Shown here piece after piece: positions 41,680-49,157 of a stretch of DNA of 64,000 bases. The notes under the pieces were generated by a model, which saw only the letters and a program-made list of their open reading frames with translations, searched no databases and was not told the origin of the DNA. Position numbers and translations under genes: made by a program. This DNA comes from a virus, in the IMG/VR virus record IMGVR_UViG_3300047483_000537, positions 32,600-96,599 of that record. One strand, given 5' to 3'. Positions within the stretch are counted from its first letter, which is position 1; every line of letters begins with the position of its first letter.

Positions 41680-42003
41680 ATGACTGCAAAAACTGTAAAC
41701 TATACCGCTGAACAAACTGCCAAGATGGTAGCCGACTATGAGGCTGGCGTAACTGTAGAACAAATGGCTACAGAATTGGGTAAGACTGTTCGTTCTATTG
41801 TTGCCAAGCTCTCGCGTGAGAAGGTATACAAGGCTAAGACTTACGTTAGCAAAACTGGTGAGGCTGTAATTAAAAAAGATACAGTTGCCGACTACATTGG
41901 TGAGGCTTTGGGCTTGGCTGAGGCTGATACAGAATCGCTAACCAAAGCTAACAAAAATGCTTTGAAGGCTATTGCTGATTTCATCAAGGCTGAAAAGACC
42001 TGA
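41680..42003 (+). CDS. T5 A2-like DNA-binding protein, paralogue 1
   Basis: NYT.EQT..MVADY.AG...LGKTVRSIVAKLSRE.VYKAK...ESLTKANK; HTH-like. Confidence 0.65.
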   Translation: MTAKTVNYTAEQTAKMVADYEAGVTVEQMATELGKTVRSIVAKLSREKVYKAKTYVSKTGEAVIKKDTVADYIGEALGLAEADTESLTKANKNALKAIADFIKAEKT

Positions 42004-42054
42004 TAGACTGTAGGGGCTTTATGCCCCTACTCTTTTCTGTGCTATAATACACCT

Positions 42055-42186
42055 ATGAACACAAACACTTACATTGTATACAATATGTCGGGCGCATACT
42101 ATGATGCACTCATGAACTCATGCCCATCATGGGTTTGGACAGACCAAGAATTTGAAGATTATTTTGCAATGATGACAGGGGCATAA
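42055..42186 (+). CDS. 43-aa hypothetical protein (not in the ORF track)
   Basis: MNTNTYIVYNMSGAYYDALMNSCPSWVWTDQEFEDYFAMMTGA*; ATG 6 nt after TATAAT; stop abuts the next ATG. Confidence 0.55.
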   Translation: MNTNTYIVYNMSGAYYDALMNSCPSWVWTDQEFEDYFAMMTGA

Positions 42187-42187
42187 T

Positions 42188-42517
42188 ATGTTTAATTTAT
42201 ACGATTATATTAAATACTTGAAATTAAAGCGGCCCGTTAATTTGCGGATTATAACCCGTAAAAATAAATGGGCAGATGCCGAATATGAGGCAGAATATTC
42301 AGATAATGGCCGACTGCTTGAACATTGCATTACTGTATACTATAAGAATAATACTCGTGATTTGGATGTATTAATCGCTCATGAATTAATCCATGCTTGG
42401 CAAGAAGAAAATAAAGCACAAGAAACACACGGGCCAGCGTTTATTAAATATGCCCGCAAAATGGAAAAACATTTCGGCTTAAAAGAAATTTATATTCCAG
42501 ATGTTGACTTAGAATGA
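42188..42517 (+). CDS. SprT-like zinc metalloprotease domain protein
   Basis: IAHELIHAWQ...HGPAF. Confidence 0.75.
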   Translation: MFNLYDYIKYLKLKRPVNLRIITRKNKWADAEYEAEYSDNGRLLEHCITVYYKNNTRDLDVLIAHELIHAWQEENKAQETHGPAFIKYARKMEKHFGLKEIYIPDVDLE

Positions 42518-42601
42518 ATACCTTTGGTTGCAAACAAAAATGAATACTTTTGTTTGCAATTTGGGGCGCCAATTATATCACATATAATTGGGGCGTGTCA
42601 A
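42515..42601 (-). repeat. pre-early intergenic element, copy A
   Basis: Tandem GAATAC(C/T)TT(T/G)GTTTGCAA-like boxes, GCGCC, and - strand TTGACA-N18-TATAAT. Confidence 0.8.
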
Positions 42602-42726
42602 GGGTTTTGCGATTAATTTTTTCAATCGGGGCGATAGCGAAAATCAATCAAAATATTTGCTGTAGGCGTGGACAATCGGGGAAAATCGTGTATAATTGAC
42701 ACATCAACACAGAACAGAGGTTCAAA

Positions 42727-43203
42727 ATGGCTAAGATTACAAAAGTTTCAATTTACGACATGGATGGCACAATCGTTTGCAGTTTGCACAGATACCGCAC
42801 AATCGTTGACGATAATGGCGAACGCATTGATTTGGATTATTGGAGAGAAAACGAATATCGCGCAATGGATGATTCATTATTGCCATTGGCTGAACAATAT
42901 CGTAAAGATTTGAAGGATGAAAATACTTTTGTTATTATTGCAACTGCCCGTGTTTTGCGTGATGCTGATAATAAATTTATTCGTGATATTCTCGGTGAGC
43001 CTGATTATATTATCTCACGCATGGATGGAGATACTACTTCAGGCGGTAAATTAAAAATCGCTGGATTAACTAAGTTTTTTAATCTCAAGCCATTTCAAAA
43101 TGCTGAATTTACATTTTATGAGGATAATACTACATATTTAAAAGCGGTTTGTGACAGATTCAATATCCGTGGGGTTTATGTCCCAAGCAAGCAAGGACAC
43201 TAA
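42727..43203 (+). CDS. HAD-superfamily phosphatase
   Basis: IYDMDGT, IATAR, FYEDN. Confidence 0.8.
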   Translation: MAKITKVSIYDMDGTIVCSLHRYRTIVDDNGERIDLDYWRENEYRAMDDSLLPLAEQYRKDLKDENTFVIIATARVLRDADNKFIRDILGEPDYIISRMDGDTTSGGKLKIAGLTKFFNLKPFQNAEFTFYEDNTTYLKAVCDRFNIRGVYVPSKQGH

Positions 43204-43253
43204 TATATAATCCCTTCGGGGATTATAATATCAAATTAATCTGGAGAATATAA

Positions 43254-43571
43254 ATGCAACCATCACACGTTCTTGATTTTGTTGATTTTAAAATTGCACA
43301 ATATCAGCCCCGATATAATGCCAGTAAATCTAAATTTGATTCTATGCTGGAAATATATAAATCAGCATCGTGGTTTAGAAAATTTGTAACAGATAATCCA
43401 TGTGATTCAAATTGGGAATATTGGTGGGTTGGTTCTTGGATTGATGAATTAAATGAAATTCGCCGTGAAGCTGAATATAAAAACAAAATGGATTATATGA
43501 GAATGGATATTCCAGAAACTTGGCATAAACATTTTTATAAATGGGCACAAGATAATAGTATCCCATTTTAA
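43254..43571 (+). CDS. hypothetical protein
   Basis: GGAG SD, 105 aa. Confidence 0.7.
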   Translation: MQPSHVLDFVDFKIAQYQPRYNASKSKFDSMLEIYKSASWFRKFVTDNPCDSNWEYWWVGSWIDELNEIRREAEYKNKMDYMRMDIPETWHKHFYKWAQDNSIPF

Positions 43572-43655
43572 TACTTCAGTTTGCAAACCAAAAATGAATA
43601 CTTTGGTTTGCAAGTTTGCGCCAAAATTATATCATATAATTTTGGCCCGTGTCAA
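43570..43655 (-). repeat. pre-early intergenic element, copy B
   Basis: Same architecture as copy A. Confidence 0.8.
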
Positions 43656-43745
43656 TAGGGTAAACCCCTAATTTGCGTAAATACAACAAAAATAAATTTT
43701 TAAAAATTTTGTGCGTGTGGCGTGTTTTTCGTGTATAATTTCAGC

Positions 43746-44126
43746 ATGGACAAAAAAGCACTTTTAACCCTCATTCAGCGTGAAACTGTAATGATTTGGG
43801 ATTCACTTTGCGAAATTTATACACCTTTGGTTCACTACAATGAGCCAAAACTAGAACTTAACCCTTACACTTGGCGCACTGCGGGTTGCTGTTTTCAAGA
43901 AGAAAACCGCATACAATTGGGTTACAAATTTTTCAAAGCGAAAACAGAATACTTCAATTATATGATTGATATAATACTTCCGCATGAAATAATTCATCAA
44001 GCCGATTGGAATTTATTTGGCGTATCAGAAAAAAATTGTGGTCATGGTGAAAATTGGCAAAAAATCATGGTACAATATGGGCTTAAGGCTGATCCCTTTC
44101 ACTCAATGGAGATTTCTAGAAAATGA
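43746..44126 (+). CDS. SprT-like zinc metalloprotease
   Basis: RTAG...ILPHEIIH...HGENWQKIM; likely start MDKKALL. Confidence 0.8.
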   Translation: MDKKALLTLIQRETVMIWDSLCEIYTPLVHYNEPKLELNPYTWRTAGCCFQEENRIQLGYKFFKAKTEYFNYMIDIILPHEIIHQADWNLFGVSEKNCGHGENWQKIMVQYGLKADPFHSMEISRK

Positions 44127-44338
44127 TTACTTTTGTTTCTTGGTTTGGTACTGTAGCAAGTATTTTGGGTTCGTTTGCAGTTGCAACCAAAATGTTTCAA
44201 ATTGGTTATGTTTTGTTTACTTTTGGTTCTTTGGCTTGGCTTTGGGTTGCGTTTGTCAAACGCGACAAGGCTTTGGGCGTTTTGAATGGCACTTTTTTTG
44301 TTGCCAACTTGTTGGGAATTTACAACAACTTTTTTTAA
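44123..44338 (+). CDS. small membrane protein
   Basis: Three short hydrophobic segments; ATGA overlap with the upstream gene. Confidence 0.65.
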   Translation: MITFVSWFGTVASILGSFAVATKMFQIGYVLFTFGSLAWLWVAFVKRDKALGVLNGTFFVANLLGIYNNFF

Positions 44339-44403
44339 AAATTTGTTGCACAATCCCGAAAACCTGATATAATAGAATCTTCAACAACACGGAAACCCCG
44401 AAA

Positions 44404-45102
44404 ATGGCTAAAAAACAATTCTTCGCTATCTTGGACACTGAAACCACAATCGAAAATACTGTGGCCGATTTTGCCATTATTATCGTTGACCGTCAAGGCA
44501 AAATTCATAATCAATGCGCTGTTTTGATTAATGGCCATTATAATAATTTTGAATTGTTTCACGATAAAAAAGCCAACGATATTTGGGGTTATTCTGGTTT
44601 GGAAAAACGCAAAGCCAATTATGTCAAAATGCTTGATAATGGCACACGTATGCTTGCATCAGTTAATGCGGTTAATAAATGGATTAATCAAGCCATTGGT
44701 AAATATGACCCTATTTTGACTGCATATAATCTGGCTTTTGATTTGGATAAATGTCAAAATACTGATATTGATTTGTCGGGTTTCTCTAATAAATTTTGCC
44801 TTTGGCAAGCGGCTATTGGCAATATCTGCAATAAAAAACAATATCGTCAATTTGTCCTTGATAATCATTTGTTTAATAAGCCTACAGTTAATCACAATAT
44901 GACATTTTCAACAACTGCCGAATCAGTTTGCGGGTTTATTGATGGTGAATTTAAAATCGAGCCTCATACTGCCCTTGAGGATGCACGCGATTTTGAATTG
45001 CCTATTTTGCAAGCCATTGTAAATAAGCGTGACTGGCGCGAGAAAATGACCCCATATAATTGGAAACAATTTCAAGTTAAAGATCACTTTAAAGCGGCTT
45101 AA
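44404..45102 (+). CDS. DEDDh 3'-5' exonuclease
   Basis: LDTET, AYNLAFD, HTALEDA. Confidence 0.85.
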   Translation: MAKKQFFAILDTETTIENTVADFAIIIVDRQGKIHNQCAVLINGHYNNFELFHDKKANDIWGYSGLEKRKANYVKMLDNGTRMLASVNAVNKWINQAIGKYDPILTAYNLAFDLDKCQNTDIDLSGFSNKFCLWQAAIGNICNKKQYRQFVLDNHLFNKPTVNHNMTFSTTAESVCGFIDGEFKIEPHTALEDARDFELPILQAIVNKRDWREKMTPYNWKQFQVKDHFKAA

Positions 45103-45229
45103 TATAGGGGGCGATTATGAAAGGATTATATATAATCGCCCTCTGTTTGCATTTACTGGAAGATAAACGGCTTGATTCTAAAATAGATATTAAGCCATTT
45201 AATATTCAAACTCAAACGGAGATTATATA

Positions 45230-45478
45230 ATGGAATTAATTGGATGGATTGGCGGGATTTTATTGGCATTTTGCGGATTACCTCAGGCAATAGAATCTTA
45301 TAAAACAAAAAATTCAGATGGATTAACTTGGGGGTTTTTGATTATGTGGGGCGTTGGAGAATTATTTACAATTGTTTATATTATCCCAAAATGGCATTGG
45401 CCACTCATATTTAATTATACTGCCAACATTATATTTATTTCGATTATCACATATTATAAGATTAAGCCAAAAAGATAA
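45230..45478 (+). CDS. PQ-loop (SemiSWEET-like) membrane protein
   Basis: IGWIGG...LPQAIESYKTKNSDGL; three TM segments, 82 aa. Confidence 0.8.
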   Translation: MELIGWIGGILLAFCGLPQAIESYKTKNSDGLTWGFLIMWGVGELFTIVYIIPKWHWPLIFNYTANIIFISIITYYKIKPKR

Positions 45479-45517
45479 TAAAAACCCTTCGGGGTTTTTA
45501 TTTTGGCCAAAATAAAA

Positions 45518-45605
45518 TGTAATACTTTTGTTTTCAAATAAAATTGAAAACAAAAGTATTACTTTCGGGGCGCCAATTATACTAGTATAATTGAGCCCGT
45601 GTCAA
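45518..45605 (-). repeat. pre-early intergenic element, copy C
   Basis: GTAATACTTTTGTTT / AAACAAAAGTATTAC inverted repeat, GCGCC, TTGACA-N18-TATAAT on the - strand. Confidence 0.8.
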
Positions 45606-45800
45606 GCTTTTTTTCATAGGTGTTTTCCCCTATGTTGTATTTTGGGCACACTTGAAATTTTTTGGCTTTTGGGTGTATAATAGAGGCTTAGCAGGCGAAA
45701 AAGGAAAAGCGATAATAACCCCACAAATTCTAGGGGCTTGCAAGATTCCAAAAACCTGCTATAATAGAGGCTTCAACACACAACACAAAGGAAATTTAAA

Positions 45801-46127
45801 ATGACTGCAAAAACTGTAAACTACACCCCCGAGCAAACCACCAAAATGGTGGCCGATTATTTGGCTGGCGCTACTGCCGAAACAATCGCCGAAAATTTGG
45901 GCAAAACTGTCCGTTCGGTTGTGGCTAAATTGTCACGCGAAGGCGTTTATAAGGCTAAAACTTATGTTTCAAAAACTGGCGCTCCAGTTGTGAAAAAAGA
46001 TGCTCACGCCGATGCAATCGGCGCAATTCTCAAATTGTCAGAAAATGAAATCGAATCTCTGACAAAAGCCAATAAAACGGCACTGGAAAAAATCTTTTCC
46101 GCTTTGGCTAATTCAAAGCCAATTTAA
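45801..46127 (+). CDS. T5 A2-like protein, paralogue 2
   Basis: Same MTAKTVNYT start and motif set as 41680-42003. Confidence 0.7.
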   Translation: MTAKTVNYTPEQTTKMVADYLAGATAETIAENLGKTVRSVVAKLSREGVYKAKTYVSKTGAPVVKKDAHADAIGAILKLSENEIESLTKANKTALEKIFSALANSKPI

Positions 46128-46171
46128 ATAATGGGGCTTTGCCCCATTTAACCCGATTAACTGGAGATAAT

Positions 46172-46423
46172 ATGCTTTTCAATTTGCCCTCATTTGCTGA
46201 TAAACCCGTGGTATTAACTTTCCTGCAACTGGGAATTAATCCACAAGATTATAATGGATTAACATTTGACAAAATCCGTCCAGAATATATTAATATTGCG
46301 GCTGATTATTTGCTAGATATTACTGGCGATTATGATTATGAGTTATTCCAGCATTATGAATGGGAAATTGATTATGTTCAGCGATTAATTAAAATCCCCA
46401 GATCCGCATTTGTTCCTGATTAA
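46172..46423 (+). CDS. hypothetical protein
   Basis: GGAG SD before MLFNLP. Confidence 0.65.
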   Translation: MLFNLPSFADKPVVLTFLQLGINPQDYNGLTFDKIRPEYINIAADYLLDITGDYDYELFQHYEWEIDYVQRLIKIPRSAFVPD

Positions 46424-46470
46424 TTTTAAAACCCCGAGATAATCGGGGTTTTATTTTGCCCAAAATTTTT

Positions 46471-46560
46471 GTAATACTTTTGTTTGCAAACCAAATTAGA
46501 AACAAAAGTATTACTTTTTGCTGCGCCAAAATTATACCATAATTTTGCGGCCCGTGTCAA
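46471..46560 (-). repeat. pre-early intergenic element, copy D
   Basis: Same architecture as copy C. Confidence 0.8.
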
Positions 46561-47049
46561 GATATTTTACAATTTTTTACAATTGCGTTGTTTTTTCACA
46601 ACATGAATACTTTGGTAGCACTTTTTCAGCCTGCATGAAAAATGAGTACTTTAGTACTACAGCAGCTTCGCTGCGCCAGTGGAAAACCTTCAAGTGCAAA
46701 ATCTTGATGGTTCCTGCGCCAGTGCGCGGTCAAGTGCAAATTCTTGCATGTGTGCGCTGCGCCAATATTATACAGTGCCAAAGCAATATGTGTCAAGAGA
46801 AAATTTTTTTATTTGAAGCGCGATCCCAAGTTTTGTATAATATTTATATTGATTGAAAGGAATGGACGATGACAGACAGCGAATTTTTCCGCCAAATTCA
46901 AGAGGACTGGTTCCACGAATTTGCTGGCGCAGAACTATCCGAAATCTTCGTGTGTACCAACCCACACATCGAAAATTTTGAATTTGACGATGTTCCCTTT
47001 TAACAGTATAATAATATCTTTAACAGCGCAGAAACCAACCAAAGGACAT

Positions 47050-47361
47050 ATGATGACTGAAGCTACCAAAACCAACTACACCCCAGAACAAACCGCTGAA
47101 CTCGTGCAAGGCTACCAAGCTGGCGAGACCGTGGAAGTTCTGGCCACCCGCATGGGCAAAACTGTTCGCTCAGTGGTTGCCAAACTCTCACGCGAAGGCG
47201 TGTACGTGGCAAAAACCAAAGCTACCGGCGTGGCACGCGTCAAGAAAGCTGATCTGGTTGACCAACTTGCACACAAGTGCGGTGTGGCTCCAGAAGTGTT
47301 TGAGTCGCTGGAAAAAGCCAACCACGATGTGCTGGAGGCACTTGTGGCACGCTTGCAGTGA
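47050..47361 (+). CDS. T5 A2-like protein, paralogue 3
   Basis: AAGGA SD; NYTPEQT...GKTVRSVVAKLSREGVY...ESLEKAN. Confidence 0.7.
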   Translation: MMTEATKTNYTPEQTAELVQGYQAGETVEVLATRMGKTVRSVVAKLSREGVYVAKTKATGVARVKKADLVDQLAHKCGVAPEVFESLEKANHDVLEALVARLQ

Positions 47362-47391
47362 TTGCCATGCCTGAGGGTCAAGAAATATTGG

Positions 47392-47420
47392 CTTGATCTT
47401 CAGGGTTAATCACTGTATAA
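47392..47420 (+). promoter_or_regulatory. sigma70-type promoter
   Basis: TTGATC-N17-TATAAT with extended TG; no ORF downstream. Confidence 0.75.
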
Positions 47421-47428
47421 TATATACT

Positions 47429-47558
47429 TAGACAGTCGGGAAAGGCTTTAAAAATGACAAAATCTTTGTCGAGCCTGTTTAGCGACAGCAGCCCACCTCA
47501 CTAACCAGCAATTAGATTGCAACTATCTGTGTGCTAGCCTGTTCGCAACGACTGTTTA
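47429..47558 (+). ncRNA. putative ~130-nt structured small RNA
   Basis: Begins near the predicted TSS; ends pair (TAGACAGTCG/CGACTGTTTA); internal AGGCTT-GACAAA/TTTGTC-GAGCCT hairpin. Confidence 0.55.
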
Positions 47559-47565
47559 TTTTCTC

Positions 47566-47594
47566 TTGATTTAGTTACCGTTTTACTGTATAAT
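47566..47594 (+). promoter_or_regulatory. sigma70-type promoter upstream of the ribozyme
   Basis: TTGATT-N17-TATAAT with extended TG. Confidence 0.75.
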
Positions 47595-47746
47595 TATTAT
47601 ATTGGGTGACAGCGGTGCAAAAGCAGCGTCTTAATTGTGGGAAATTACCAACCGAGCCACAGCCCCAACGAATTCGGTGTTATGCGACCAATTTGCGAAT
47701 TGGATAACAACTTAATTGCGACCGAAGCTAGTCGCAGCCAACTTAA

Positions 47747-47846
47747 CCCTCTGATGAGCTGATGCAAGTTCAGCGAAACTCTAAACCTCAGTGCCAGTTT
47801 GCAGACACCTTCCCAATTGTCTCGCTGGCGCAGTTTAGGGTCAGGG
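47747..47846 (+). ncRNA. type I hammerhead ribozyme
   Basis: Stem I CCCT/AGGG; core CTGATGA; stem II GCTGA/TCAGC; GAAA; stem III CTCTAAAC/GTTTAGGG extended by GTGCCAGT/GCTGGCGC and AGACA/TGTCT; GUC triplet with cleavage after C47842. Confidence 0.92.
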
Positions 47847-48440
47847 CGAAAACCAGGAGCTAGTCTCCTGAAATGAGTAGTCTTAGTGAGCTCTCAACAC
47901 TATACCCGAGTCGCCTTATCCTGTACCGGCGTAAAATGGTCTTAATATCTAGGTTGGTAGCCTATATCTACCCGAGTAATAGCAACCCGTAAGGTGGCTG
48001 GTTACCCTACCTATAAGGGCACATGTAGGTCCTGCACGTGACCCTAAACCGTAGCCGTTTTGGCCCTCGTTACTGTGGCTCGACCCTAAGTCGTAAAAAG
48101 CGGCGCTGGCAACCCCAGTGCCACAGTGGTTGATGACCCCAACAATCTGTCCAGGTCGTGACATAAAACATCCAGGGCTGTGGAGCCGAACCCATACCAC
48201 GAGTGATACTCGAACCTCATCAGTGCAGGCGTTGGAAGCGTAGCACACAAAGTCTCACCTAATGTGGAACGCAGTCGCCAACTCAACCAAGTTGGGCAGT
48301 CTAGTACGATTTAGGGTCAAGCAGTAAGTGCAAGTGGTTCTTGCCGGTTTAGTCTTGAACAGAGCAACTAAAAACTTGTTAGTACCTGGACGCAGGCATA
48401 GTTCACGAGCCCCCAAGATTAGCTGTCTTAGGGGCTTTTG
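47843..48440 (+). ncRNA. putative large (~600 nt) structured RNA, family unassigned
   Basis: No credible ORF, GC-richer than flanks, about ten hairpins, long-range helix 48039-48053/48305-48319, bounded by the ribozyme cut site and a terminator. Confidence 0.7.
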
Positions 48441-48444
48441 TTTT
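48408..48444 (+). terminator. intrinsic terminator
   Basis: AGCCCCCAAGAT-TAGCT-GTCTTAGGGGCT-TTTGTTTT. Confidence 0.8.
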
Positions 48445-48535
48445 GCTTATTCTGCGCCATTATACCAGTGCAAAACCTTTGTTGTCAAGTGTGTTTTCCG
48501 CAACTTGACCCTAAATTAACGCAAACAGCACACGC

Positions 48536-48572
48536 AAAAAAGCCCCCATTAACGCAAATTAATGGGGGCTTT
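48536..48572 (-). terminator. intrinsic terminator of the - strand early block
   Basis: AAAAAAGCCCCCATTAA-CGCAAA-TTAATGGGGGCTTT. Confidence 0.85.
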
Positions 48573-48601
48573 GTGCTATTTGAGTAAATTAACCGCGATT
48601 A

Positions 48602-48925
48602 TCACGATTTAGGGTCAGATTGGGTAGCTTTTTCTAAGGCACGTTCAATCATAACTAACACAGTCTTGTTGACTTTCTCCAGCGACTCCAACAACTCTAA
48701 GTTAGCGTCTAGGAGTGTGGCAATGCGTTCAATATGCTCGGCTTTTTTCACCGGAATTTCACCACGCTTGTTTAAGTAGGATTTTTTCTGGTAGACTCCA
48801 AGGCTCGATAGCTTGGCAATTATGCTACGCTCTGGCACTTCGAGCTGAGCACTTAATTCCAGCACCGAAACGCCGGAGTTGTAATCTTGGACCATACGGT
48901 CACAAATTTCTTTGGTGTATCTCAT
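48602..48925 (-). CDS. divergent A2-like protein, paralogue 4
   Basis: YT..MVQDYNSG...ERSIIAKLSSLGVY...GEIPVKK...ESLEKVNK. Confidence 0.65.
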   Translation of the reverse strand: MRYTKEICDRMVQDYNSGVSVLELSAQLEVPERSIIAKLSSLGVYQKKSYLNKRGEIPVKKAEHIERIATLLDANLELLESLEKVNKTVLVMIERALEKATQSDPKS

Positions 48926-48935
48926 TTGGCCTCCA

Positions 48936-49157
48936 TCACAGCCAAGGTAAGTCTGGACGATCGCGAGACTCTGTGCGTCTGCGTAGACGATCTAAATCGG
49001 ATTTATGAATAACTGGAGATAACTTTTTTAAGTCCTCAGTTACTAAGTTGTATTCTAGCCGTTGTAGGCAGTACTCTAAGTGTTTAGTTTCTGCTAAACT
49101 TTTCTTGTATACTGCATATAAGTCTATGTATTTATCTACAGTATTTACAGTAACCAT
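48936..49157 (-). CDS. hypothetical protein
   Basis: 73-aa ORF coupled to its neighbours. Confidence 0.55.
   Translation of the reverse strand: MVTVNTVDKYIDLYAVYKKSLAETKHLEYCLQRLEYNLVTEDLKKLSPVIHKSDLDRLRRRTESRDRPDLPWL

Noticed and set aside
42515-46796. CRISPR array
   Set aside because: The repeats are degenerate, up to kilobases apart and separated by genes; no constant spacer length and no cas genes
47843-48440. Protein-coding calls 47949-48248, 48086-48286 and 48328-48519; also RNase P RNA or tmRNA
   Set aside because: The ORFs lack a convincing SD or motifs and overlap dense helices; no RNase P P4 signature or tRNA-like ends were seen
47834-48613. Telomere-like TTTAGGG repeats
   Set aside because: Copies are dispersed rather than tandem and are part of the longer GACCCTAAA motif
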